64,000 bases of DNA from Bacilli bacterium. GTDB lineage: Bacteria > Bacillota_I > Bacilli_A > ML615J-28 > CAG-313. Made by a program: the position numbers and the translations under genes. Each line of letters begins with the position of its first letter. Positions within the stretch are counted from its first letter, which is position 1. Shown in pieces: positions 1 to 9,638 of this stretch. The notes beneath the pieces were generated by a model. It saw nothing but the letters and a program-made list of their open reading frames with translations. It was not told the DNA's origin and searched no databases. The DNA lies in contig JBJEEE010000088.1 in assembly GCA_051872775.1 (NCBI GenBank), positions 2,762 to 66,761 on the forward strand, given 5' to 3'.

Positions 1-3000
1 TGGCCAGTAAATTATTTATTAATTCTTGGTTTGAAGTTGAGTAATCTTCAAATATAATTTCTTGTTTTAATAAATAATACTTATTATTAGCATATGCTTT
101 AACTACTTCGTAATCAATTGCTTTCTTCGTTTGATCAACAAGGTTATTTATCTTATTTAAATTTGTTTCTTTGTTGATTTGTGAAATTGCACTTGTAACA
201 AGTTCAGTAATAGTATTACGTAAAACTTCATCTTCAATTGTATCTGTAATGCTTGATAGATATGTTTCTAATTCATCAGTAGCATTATTTCGATATTCAT
301 TTACTTCTTCTTCAAAAGTAGGAACTTCATCAATTAAGGCTTTATATTTAAGCAATGTTTGGTTAACATCATCAATTGTTTCTACCTTGGCTAATTCATC
401 AAGTGCATTATATAAAATATCATCAATGACTGCTTGTGAACTTGATGTATAATCGTTAAGTTCACTGTATGAGGTAATTTCTGCTTGAGCATTTTGAATT
501 GCTACTTTAAGTTCATCCGCAAGCGTAGGGATTTGATTGACTTTACCTTGAGCAGATAAGAATATATTATCAATGGATATTTTTGTTAATTGATTAGTTG
601 TTACTAAATTCTCATATTCTTCATTGATACTATCAAAAACACTATTAATTAAGCCTTGATTAGTTGTACTATAATTAGCAAGAATAACACTATCTACAAA
701 TTTTTGATATTCACTTTGATAATATTCTTCTAATTCTTGATTAATAGTTTTAACAAGGGATATTTCTCCTTTTGCAACTAAAACAATTTGATTTATCTCA
801 GCTTCATCGATTGCATTATTAATATTGTTAGTAGCTTTTTTAATAATATTGTTAATAACAATTTGATTATCAGAAGAATAATCATTTAAGTTAATTCCTG
901 AAGAAAGACTAGCTATTGCTTCTTGTCGCAATGCTTCAAGAGTTTCTTTTAAACTTACTATTTCTTGTAGAGCATTTTCTAAAAGATTATAGTTTGTAAC
1001 ATACGTTTTTGCTTCAGCTGATAAATTATCATATAATTCTTTTATTTGATTTACTAATGACTCATCATTTAAAGAAAGTGGAGACGGAATTGTATTAATT
1101 AATGCGACAACAGATTCAGCTTCATCTTGAGGTGTTGTGACCATTTCATCATAGTTTGTAATGTAGGCACTTTGTCCTACAGTTACTGTTAAAGGATTAA
1201 ACGGATTATTAGTGATTAGACGATCTAAATATCTAATTATCACTAGTGTTTCTCCTTTTTGTAAAGTAACTGATGCGGTTGATGGAGAATCTGAACTAAC
1301 TACTTTTACTTGTTTATTACTTCCAATAATAAAGTAACCATAAGTAGGAGAAGCCGTTGAGAATGCTTGTCCTAGGGTCATCGTAACATTAGATGCTGAG
1401 TTATTGTAGTATACACCTGCACATGAAGTCCAATCACAAGCCGTTATTTCGCTTGAGTTTAGGATAAAGAAATTGTTAACCGCAATAAATAATACTTGAT
1501 TTCCAATCGTCAATGTCGCATTGCTCCATCCTATATAACTGGTTGTTCCTGTATATTGTCCCTCATGATCTGTTGACATACATGAAGGATCATTTCGATA
1601 AACTAGGCCTTCTTGACCTTTCTTTAGTAAACTTAAATTAATATTTACTTCTTGTTTATATGTTATTCCATCTTCAGTAATTTCTAAATATAGAGGCATT
1701 AAATACTCAGTTAAATAATTCTTAAGACGTTTACCCGTATCAATATTATATTTTTGAGCATCATCTAGATTTTTGTAGGACCATTTCATATTAGTTCCTA
1801 CTGGTAAGATTCGATCACTATTTACACAGTTATCAAAATCAACAAGAAAGGCATCAACTTTACCTTTTAATTCTTTTAGTTTTGCAATTTTGCTGATGGC
1901 ATTTGCGAGTACTTGATAGTTTGTAACATATGATTGTTCTGAAGTAGATAAAGCATCATATTGTGATTTGATAATATTTACCTTTTCTTCATCGTTAAGC
2001 GTTATTTCGGCTGGTAAACTATTAATATTTGCAATTACTACTTCATAGGAATTAGTAGGAGTATTACCATATTTGACAGGATTACTTACCACATTAGCTC
2101 GGTTAACACTTGATACATAATAATCGTATGTTAATGCGTCAATATTAGAAATTTGAGTGTTTTGGGTATATTCTAAAACATGATTAATATTCGATGTATC
2201 TAATGTTTCTCCCTTAGGTACTTGATATACCATATAACCAAATACATTATCAACTTTATTCCATGATAAAGTGTTACCACTTAAATTCAAATTAGATACT
2301 TCGATAGATGGAATGATGTTTGCATATCTTTGGATGACTGCTCCTGGAATACGTTTTTGCCAATAGTCATTAGTAATTAGATTAACACCATTTCTTATGA
2401 TCGTATTGGATGTGTTTAATAGAGTTGAGTATTTATAGAAGCAAGTTCCCTTAATTTCATCATACATCCCTGCATTTAATAATTGATTTTTCACTTCATC
2501 ATTATTTCTTTGCCAGTATGACGCACTAGAGCCTGAACTTTCAGCCATATATATACCTATACCCATATATAGATTTACTTTCTTATATTTAACGCACCAA
2601 CTCCACCATCTTGTTAACTCATAGAAATTAGCTCCTGTGTGTTCCATTCCCCAGTATGCTTGTGGTGTAATATAATCTATCCACTCATTATCAATCCACT
2701 TTTTAGTATCTGAATATAAATAATTGCCATAATGAGCAAATCCACTTGTATTTGAGGCAATTGGTGATATTAGATTACCATTACTATCATAAGAAGGTGA
2801 AGAGGCATAATTACCATTTTGATATATTCCAGATGGTGAAATACCAAGTTGAACGGCACGACCTTCTTCAAGATTCATTTGATGAATTGAATTTGATAAT
2901 TTTTCAATAAATGCATCTACATTTGCTCTTTTTTGATTTGCGCTTAATTCAGTTTTTACTCCTGAAATGTAGAAATAGTCATCAAAATGAATGGCATCAG

Positions 3001-3657
3001 CATCATATCGATCTAGAAATTCCATACAAGTTGAAACAATGAAATCTTGAACTATGGTTGAACCTGGGTCAAGAATTTTCGAACCCTCGCTGTTTGTTAG
3101 TATTAAGCTAGGATCATTACATGGATGTCCTGCAGGATAAGCTTCACCTACATATGATGAACTGCTAACTCGATATGGATTCATCCATGCATGAAATTCA
3201 ATTCCACGATTATGGCATTCGGTAATCAACCATTCAAGTGGATCAAATTCCTCAAAATTAACATTTTGCCACCATGTTGCAATTGGATTTAAATCAGAGT
3301 TATATAAAGCATTATTATGAGTACGAACATGGAATACTATAGCGTTCATTCCCATATTTACCATATTATCTAATATAGTATTAGCATCACTTTTAAATTT
3401 TGCTTCGGTTGTATATGAGGGAATATCACCAACGAAGGTACTTACCCATACGGCTCTATATTCAGCAGTAGGATAATCATATTGGTCTAGTCCATATACT
3501 TTTTCGGAACTATTTCGATACTTTAATTCTGAACCAGTAGAACTAGTCATAACTTTTAAATTGTTTGAAGCCAATACTTTAGTACTTTTGATTAAAGGCA
3601 GAATCATTAGCCCCATTAATATTATCATTAATATTTTTGATTGTATTTTATTCTTCA
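1..3657 (-). CDS. Partial, with the C-terminus beyond the window start. Secreted glycoside-hydrolase-like GHL10 (YngK/DUF4015-type) protein with a long repetitive C-terminal extension.
   Basis: I translated the minus strand by hand from the ATG at 3655-3657 and obtained MKNKIQSKILMIILMGLMILPLIKSTKVLA, which is a signal peptide. The RBS AAAGGA lies upstream. Downstream motifs include RGIEFHAWMNPYRV, DAIHFDDYFY and ITPQAYWGMEH, which are typical of the GHL10/YngK family. The frame appears open down to position 1. It was absent from the ORF track because it is unbounded. The C-terminal half is rich in N, L, I and E and carries recurring NLNDYSSDNQ and ELNDYTSSSQ motifs. Confidence 0.6.
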
Positions 3658-3804
3658 TCTTTTAATATCCTTTCTACGTTTCTTTTCTAATTATATCACA
3701 TTTGCAAAATTTTACAAAATATTATGCAAAAATAGAATATGTAATATTTGGATGTATTTTTTTTATATTTTAATAAATAATAAATTGTGAAGGAAGGTAT
3801 TTTT

Positions 3805-3984
3805 ATGACAGACAAAGAATTACTTTATATTGAAGATGCTTTAGCACACGCTAAACATTTTGATGCATTATGTTGTGATGCATGTGATAATATGCAAGAT
3901 GCTACTTTAAGAAATTTTGTTAAAGATGTTCAAAAAGAAGTACAACTTGTTTATAATAATTTATTTACAACATTAAAATGGTAG
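3805..3984 (+). CDS. Small Coat_F-like (YraE-like) spore-coat-domain protein
   Basis: The track ORF 3787..3984 starts on GTG. An ATG at 3805 is preceded by GAAGGAAGG (3789-3797) with 7-nt spacing. The 60-aa product MTDKELLYIEDALAHAKHFD...LFTTLKW resembles the small Coat_F domain proteins of Bacillus (YraE and YraG are 65 and 81 aa). Confidence 0.4.
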   Translation: MTDKELLYIEDALAHAKHFDALCCDACDNMQDATLRNFVKDVQKEVQLVYNNLFTTLKW

Positions 3985-3996
3985 GAGGAATAACTT

Positions 3997-4242
3997 ATGA
4001 ATGATCGTTTTTATATGGAAACATTATTAACGTGGACAAAAGCTTATTGCGATTTACTTCTTCATGGCACAATTGAATCTTCATCCGAGCATGTTAATTC
4101 AGCAATGAGTCAATCGTTATTTGAAGTTTTGAGTTTACAAAATGCAATTTATAAGCATATGGAACAAAAGGGATGGTATAAGACTAAACAAGTTCCTATT
4201 ACAAAAATAGAACAAGCCGCAACACAAATAGCAAATGCATAA
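3997..4242 (+). CDS. Small Coat_F-like (YraG-like) spore-coat-domain protein
   Basis: The 81-aa ORF has an AGGAGG RBS. Its C-terminal motif NAIYKHMEQKGWY matches the Coat_F signature. It forms a tandem pair with the preceding small gene. Confidence 0.45.
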   Translation: MNDRFYMETLLTWTKAYCDLLLHGTIESSSEHVNSAMSQSLFEVLSLQNAIYKHMEQKGWYKTKQVPITKIEQAATQIANA

Positions 4243-4320
4243 AGTTCGTTATCTTAACGAACTTTTTTTGTAATAATTAATTATGTTTTACATATAATAT
4301 CATGAAAGGATTATTACAAT

Positions 4321-4788
4321 ATGAAAAAAAAGTGGCTTAAAGTTTTATTTTTTTTATTTATACTATTTTTATATTTTCTTCCCTCTTTCATTTTTAAGGC
4401 GGATATAGATTACTATAATACACTAAAAGGACCACACCTTTTTCCTTGGCTTTTTGTTGTAATATGGTCAATTATATACATAACAATGAGTGTTTATGTG
4501 ACTTCCATAGTTTTCAGTAATCATAGCATCAACACAGCAGAATATAAACGAATTTATGTTTTTTTAGGAATAAACTATTTATTACAAGCAACATTTTTAC
4601 CAGTTTTCTTTTACTTACATAACTTATTTATTGCCTTTGCACTTTGCATTTTTACATTTGTCACTATCCTGATTATATGTTTAGAGACTTTACTTGTAAA
4701 CAAAAAACTAACCTTGCTTACGCTTCCTTATGTTTTATGGTCTGCCTTTGCTAGTGTATTTTCTATTTTATTTTATCTCCAAAATTAA
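4321..4788 (+). CDS. TspO/MBR family (tryptophan-rich sensory protein) 5-TM membrane protein
   Basis: The protein is 155 aa and polytopic. The motif KGPHLFPWLFVVIWSIIYITMSV fits the TspO core PxW/FxPxxWxxLY. Confidence 0.55.
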   Translation: MKKKWLKVLFFLFILFLYFLPSFIFKADIDYYNTLKGPHLFPWLFVVIWSIIYITMSVYVTSIVFSNHSINTAEYKRIYVFLGINYLLQATFLPVFFYLHNLFIAFALCIFTFVTILIICLETLLVNKKLTLLTLPYVLWSAFASVFSILFYLQN

Positions 4789-4794
4789 AAAAAC

Positions 4795-4830
4795 GAACAA
4801 CAAAGTTTTACTTTGTTGTTCTTTATTTAT
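4795..4830. terminator. Bidirectional rho-independent terminator between convergent genes
   Basis: GAACAACAAAG-TTTTA-CTTTGTTGTTC is an 11-bp perfect stem, followed by TTTATTTAT. Confidence 0.7.
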
Positions 4831-4846
4831 AGGAAATTTTTACTTA

Positions 4847-6121
4847 TCATTTTAATGTAATTTTTTGAGGATTTGTAGCATTTAAATGTCTATTGTAGAA
4901 GTGAGTTAAGACTTTTTGCATCATCAAAAAGTCATGTGTTCCAGCCGTCTCATAAGCTGAGTGCATAGCTAGTTGGGCAAGTCCAATATCAACACTAATT
5001 ACACTTACGCTACGTAATAAAAGGCAGCCTAAGGTTCCCCCACCCCTTATATCAGAACGATTAGTATATTCTTGATAAGGAATATTTACATCATTACAAA
5101 GTTGTTTAAATATACTTCCGGATAATGCATCAGTTGTGTAGCTTAAATTAGAATTATATTTAATAACAATTCCTTTATTCATAAATACTGCATTTTCAGG
5201 GTCGCTTTTTTCAGGATGATTTGGATGAACGGCATGAGCGTTATCAGCAGAGATAAGCATTGTATTTTGATATAGCAAAGGTTTAATACTTTCTAAATTT
5301 AAAGATGAAATAATTAAATCAATGATATCTTTTAAGAATGATGAAGCTGCACCATTATTTGAAGAACTTCCAACTTCTTCATGGTTAAACCCAACCCATA
5401 TATTGATATTATTTTCATTTTCTCCTTCAATAAAAGCTTTTAAAGATGCATAAAAACATTCTAAGTTATCAAGTCTTGGTGACAATATTAATTCATTTTC
5501 GCTACCTGCAAGCATTGGTTCTTCCTTATTATATAAGAATAAATCATAATCAACTATATTAGTTAGGCCTAGTTCCTTTTCTAGTATTGACTTTATTGTT
5601 GTATTACTCAATCCTAGAATTGCTTGCATATCAATTTGTGGATTGTAGCTAAAGCCATTATTAATTTCACGATTCATATGTATAGCAAGATTAGGGATAA
5701 TTTGGGTTTGGTTTAGGGTTACTACTTTACTAGACAAAGCACCATCATTACTTACAATTACCCTCCCCGCAATCCCGAGGGGACGATCTACAAAAGTCGA
5801 TAGAATTAAACCACCATATACTTCAGAATTAATCTTAGTATAGCCGTTTGATGTAATAATACCTTTAGGTTTAATTTTTAACATTGGTGAGTCATTATGA
5901 CTTGCGACAATTTGAATACTTGGAGTATCTAATTTTGTACCAACTTTAAATGCTAAAATGGCACCATCATTTTTGATAATATAATATTTATTTCCTTTTT
6001 CAATCTTAGGATTAGATAAATCTAATTCTTTAAAACCTTGATCAGCTAATTTAGTTCTTGCAATTTCTACAGTTTGATATGTTGTATGTGCTTCTTTTAA
6101 AAAGTTAATAAATTCTTTCAT
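4847..6121 (-). CDS. M18 family aminopeptidase
   Basis: The protein is 424 aa. Its overall architecture and the motifs FINFLKEA...GTKLDTPS and HAVHPN are typical of M18 (aspartyl/ApeA-type) aminopeptidases. Its start overlaps the upstream stop in a TAATG arrangement. Confidence 0.65.
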   Translation of the reverse strand: MKEFINFLKEAHTTYQTVEIARTKLADQGFKELDLSNPKIEKGNKYYIIKNDGAILAFKVGTKLDTPSIQIVASHNDSPMLKIKPKGIITSNGYTKINSEVYGGLILSTFVDRPLGIAGRVIVSNDGALSSKVVTLNQTQIIPNLAIHMNREINNGFSYNPQIDMQAILGLSNTTIKSILEKELGLTNIVDYDLFLYNKEEPMLAGSENELILSPRLDNLECFYASLKAFIEGENENNINIWVGFNHEEVGSSSNNGAASSFLKDIIDLIISSLNLESIKPLLYQNTMLISADNAHAVHPNHPEKSDPENAVFMNKGIVIKYNSNLSYTTDALSGSIFKQLCNDVNIPYQEYTNRSDIRGGGTLGCLLLRSVSVISVDIGLAQLAMHSAYETAGTHDFLMMQKVLTHFYNRHLNATNPQKITLK

Positions 6122-7353
6122 TAGATAACAAAATTACCCTTTCTAAAAATTTGGACTTTCTCTTTATTGTGGGTTGTGCCTACTATCTCCATATCACTAC
6201 TTCCGAACATAAAGTCAACATGAATACTAGATACGTTATATCCAAGTTTAACTAGTTCTTCTTCTGTCATTTTAGTCCCATTTTTAACATTCATTGCATA
6301 GGCGTTTCCTAAAGCTAAATGGCATGATGCATTTTCATCAAATAAAGTATTATAGAACAAAACACCTAAATTAGAGATTGGTGAATCATTGCTTATCAAA
6401 GCTACTTCGCCTAAACTACTACTTCCTTCATCTGTTTCAAGAAGTGTTTTTAATAATTCCTCATTTTCTTTCGCATGATATTCCACTACTTTACCGTCTT
6501 TAAATGTCAAAGTAAATTCTGGAATTATATTTCCTCTTACATTAAGAGGTTTGGTACTTACAACAGTGCCATTAATTTTTTTATTATGTGGCATTGTAAA
6601 AGTTTCTTCTGTAGGGATGTTAGGCGCAAAGAATATACCTTTTTCTGACATTTCACCACCACCAGCCCAAATGTGATTGTCTACTAGTCCTATTTCTAAA
6701 TCAGTGCCAAGGCTGTTTTTGAAATGAAGTGATTCAAAATTAAAGTTATTTAACACTTTATTATGTTCATCAAGTTTCTTCATATGTTCATTCCACCCTT
6801 GGACCGCATCTTCACCAACATTAACACGTGATGTATAAAGAATAGATTCAAGCAGCTTATCCATTGCTTCATCTACAGGTAAATTAGGGAATACTTTTTG
6901 AGCCCATTCTTCATTAGGATAGGCAACTATAGCCCACTGTGTTCTACTTGCCATTATGTATTCATTAACAAACTTTAGTTTTGGTGCACGTGCTTTTGAG
7001 GCTTTATCAATTCGAGTAGGATCAATTCCCTTAAATATAGTTGGATTTGGTGATGTTATTGATAATGTGGCAGCTCCAGATGATATAAAATATTCTTTTT
7101 CTTTAATCACATACTCAGGAACTTCGATTAAAGCTTCTTCCGATGCTCTTTCATAAAAGAGACGACTAGTTTCATCATCACTCCAATCAACTAAAACGGC
7201 GGATGCACCTGCATTGTATGCCTCTTCAACAATTAATCGTGTAAATGTACTTGCGATTATTGGAGAGTTGATAAATAAAACTTGATTTGGTTGAATATTA
7301 ACGCCTACTTTAACCGCAAGGCGAGCAAATTCTCTTAATAATTCTTTATTCAT
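6121..7353 (-). CDS. M29 family aminopeptidase (AmpS/PepS, aminopeptidase T-like)
   Basis: The protein is 410 aa. Its N-terminus ELLREFARLAVKVGVNIQPNQ and its overall similarity point to thermophilic aminopeptidase T/PepS. Confidence 0.7.
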   Translation of the reverse strand: MNKELLREFARLAVKVGVNIQPNQVLFINSPIIASTFTRLIVEEAYNAGASAVLVDWSDDETSRLFYERASEEALIEVPEYVIKEKEYFISSGAATLSITSPNPTIFKGIDPTRIDKASKARAPKLKFVNEYIMASRTQWAIVAYPNEEWAQKVFPNLPVDEAMDKLLESILYTSRVNVGEDAVQGWNEHMKKLDEHNKVLNNFNFESLHFKNSLGTDLEIGLVDNHIWAGGGEMSEKGIFFAPNIPTEETFTMPHNKKINGTVVSTKPLNVRGNIIPEFTLTFKDGKVVEYHAKENEELLKTLLETDEGSSSLGEVALISNDSPISNLGVLFYNTLFDENASCHLALGNAYAMNVKNGTKMTEEELVKLGYNVSSIHVDFMFGSSDMEIVGTTHNKEKVQIFRKGNFVI

Positions 7354-9139
7354 TATATTTTTCCTTTCTATACTTTATTATTTTTTGATTAATATCTTCT
7401 AAATATTCCCATCGTTTAATCTTTTCTTCGAGTTCATTTTGTTTAGCCTCAAGTTGTTCATTTAAGGACATTAACAATTCATAGTCAGTACCACTATGAT
7501 CTATGTCATACTTTATCTCTTTAATTTGATTTTCAATTATTTCAATTTCTTCTTCGATATGATCATACTCTTTCTTTTCTCTAGAAGTAAAACGTGGTAT
7601 TTCGATTGATGATGATTGATTTTCTTTTGATTGTTTGACATTAACATTCATAAGGATATCCTCATGCTTAGTAAGAAAATCAGAAATAGAAAACATATAT
7701 TCAGTTATTGATTTATTATTAAACACCATTAAATGATTACATACTTTATCTAAAAAATATCGATCATGTGAGATGACAATAACCGCTCCTTTAAATGATT
7801 CTAAATAATCTTCTAATACTTGTATTGTATATATATCAAAATCATTAGTTGGTTCATCTAGTAATAATACATTTGGATTAGTTATTAATACTTTTAACAA
7901 ACCAAGTCTTCGCTTTTCTCCTCCTGACAAACGTGATATTGGAAGTTGTTGCATTGTTGGAGTAAAGAAATAGCTCTCTAATAATTCTGATGCGCTTATT
8001 TTCCCATTTAAAGTATCAATATATTCTCCATATTGTCTTAGATAATCAATTACCTTCATTGATTCATCTTCTATATGATTTATTTGTTTAAAGTATCCAA
8101 TATTAATGGTCTCTCCGATTGTAATCTTTCCATTTTGGGGCTCTATTTGCCCTACAATTGAATTTAAGAAGGAAGTCTTGCCACAACCGTTTTTACCTAT
8201 TATCCCTAATCGATCAAATCGATTAACAATATAACTGAAATTAGTAAATAGAATTTGATTATTGACTTCTAATGATAGATCTTCAATGATAATTGTTTTA
8301 CGACCTATTCTGGTTGTTTTAGATCCCAGTTCCATTTCTCTTTGCGTATTTGATATGTATGTTTGTACCTCTTTGAGGGTTGATTCAGATTCATAGAAAC
8401 GTTCAATTCTTTCCCTACTTTTAGTGCTACGTGCTTGTGGATTCATCTTCATCCATTTTGCTTCTTTTTTTAGAATTGAAGATAGTTTTCTTTCGTTTGC
8501 TTTCAAGTATTCTAAACGTTCAGCTTTTAATTCAATGAAATGAGAATAGTTAGCAAGATAATAATATACTTTTCCATTTTCAATTTCCATTATTTCTTTT
8601 GTCACTCGTTCAAGGAAAAAACGATCATGTGTAACTAAAACAAGCCCTTTATTGTACTTGATGAGAAACTTTTCTAGCCAGCATATCATAGCAATATCAA
8701 GATGATTAGTGGGTTCATCTAGTATTAACATATCCGTATTACTAACTAATACACTCGCTAAATGCAGTCTTTTCTTTTCCCCACCTGACATGTTATCTAC
8801 TAACATATTATGGTTAGTTAAGCCTAATCTATTCAGCATTGATAATAGTTCATAATCATTTTCGGATTTACTCAATCTTTTGATTTCTTCAAAAATTGTT
8901 TTACCTTTTATATACTCGATATCTTGTGATAAATATCCTATTCTAAGATTGCTCTTGCGATAAATAATTCCACTAGATGGTTCTAGTGTACCAACCATTA
9001 GTTTCAAAATGGTTGATTTTCCAGATCCATTCAATCCGATAATCCCAACTTTAGAATTATCGTTTATAGTGAAATTAACTTTATTTAAAACTAGTTTATC
9101 AGTATATTGTAAAGAAACATCGTTAAATGTTATTAACAT
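7346..9139 (-). CDS. ABC-F family ATPase with tandem ABC domains plus a C-terminal coiled coil; a Uup/EttA-like translation factor
   Basis: Two P-loops are present (GLNGSGKST and GKNGCGKTS), along with two LSGGE signatures and a KE-rich coiled-coil tail. There is no transmembrane domain. The track start at 9172 is GTG. The likely start is the ATG at 9139 (MLITFNDVSLQY...), preceded by GGTGAG. Confidence 0.8.
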   Translation of the reverse strand: MLITFNDVSLQYTDKLVLNKVNFTINDNSKVGIIGLNGSGKSTILKLMVGTLEPSSGIIYRKSNLRIGYLSQDIEYIKGKTIFEEIKRLSKSENDYELLSMLNRLGLTNHNMLVDNMSGGEKKRLHLASVLVSNTDMLILDEPTNHLDIAMICWLEKFLIKYNKGLVLVTHDRFFLERVTKEIMEIENGKVYYYLANYSHFIELKAERLEYLKANERKLSSILKKEAKWMKMNPQARSTKSRERIERFYESESTLKEVQTYISNTQREMELGSKTTRIGRKTIIIEDLSLEVNNQILFTNFSYIVNRFDRLGIIGKNGCGKTSFLNSIVGQIEPQNGKITIGETINIGYFKQINHIEDESMKVIDYLRQYGEYIDTLNGKISASELLESYFFTPTMQQLPISRLSGGEKRRLGLLKVLITNPNVLLLDEPTNDFDIYTIQVLEDYLESFKGAVIVISHDRYFLDKVCNHLMVFNNKSITEYMFSISDFLTKHEDILMNVNVKQSKENQSSSIEIPRFTSREKKEYDHIEEEIEIIENQIKEIKYDIDHSGTDYELLMSLNEQLEAKQNELEEKIKRWEYLEDINQKIIKYRKEKYNE

Positions 9140-9206
9140 ACTACTCACCCACTTATATTTTAATTTTATCACATTTTCCCTTTTTTTTCATAAATATAAC
9201 TTATAA

Positions 9207-9242
9207 ATATATAAAAATAAAAACTGCCAACAATGTTGACAG
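9207..9242 (-). terminator. rpmE terminator
   Basis: CTGCCAACA-A-TGTTGACAG forms a hairpin with one mismatch. On the minus strand it is followed by TTTTTATTTTTAT. Confidence 0.5.
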
Positions 9243-9258
9243 CCATATTTAGTGTTTA

Positions 9259-9480
9259 TTAGTTGTTTTCTTTTTTTACTGCTTGACTAGCTCTCTTATT
9301 GAAACGTTCAATTCTACCTGCAGCTTGAACAAATTTTTGTTCTCCTGTATAGAATGGATGACATTTAGAACATGTATCAACACGTACTTCTTTTAATGTA
9401 GAACCAGTTTCAAATTCATTACCGCATGAAACACAAACAACTTTAACTTTGTGATATTGTGGATGAATGCCTTTTTTCAT
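9259..9480 (-). CDS. rpmE: 50S ribosomal protein L31 (zinc-binding type A)
   Basis: [23 protein letters not shown]...[10 protein letters not shown] carries the CxxC...CxxC zinc ribbon. The RBS is GGAAGGAG. Confidence 0.9.
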   Translation of the reverse strand: MKKGIHPQYHKVKVVCVSCGNEFETGSTLKEVRVDTCSKCHPFYTGEQKFVQAAGRIERFNKRASQAVKKENN

Positions 9481-9538
9481 AGTTTTACTCCTTCCGCCAT
9501 GATTTTCTTAAACCATAGTAAGTTTATTTTACTTTAGT

Positions 9539-9567
9539 ATTATACACTATTTTACCCTTTTTTGCAA
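9539..9567 (-). promoter_or_regulatory. Sigma-A-type promoter of rpmE
   Basis: Minus-strand sequence TTGCAA - 17 nt - TATAAT (-35 at 9562-9567, -10 at 9539-9544). Confidence 0.5.
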
Positions 9568-9585
9568 GTAAAGTGTTATATTATT

Positions 9586-9627
9586 TGTTTTTAGAAAAAA
9601 AACGAGATTTCATAAGAAATCTCGTTT
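9586..9627 (-). terminator. Terminator of the giant gene
   Basis: AAACGAGATTTC-ATAA-GAAATCTCGTTT is a 12-bp perfect stem directly after the stop. On the minus strand it is followed by a T6 run. Confidence 0.75.
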
Positions 9628-9638
9628 AATTTTGGATA

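Noticed and set aside
171-452. 93-aa plus-strand ORF near the window start
   Set aside because: It lies wholly inside and antisense to the long minus-strand GHL10 ORF. It has a Ser/Thr/Leu-rich composition typical of a shadow frame, and no RBS.
9009-9206. 65-aa plus-strand ORF overlapping the ABC-F 5' end
   Set aside because: It overlaps the real start, promoter and terminator of flanking genes. It has a hydrophobic low-complexity product and no RBS.
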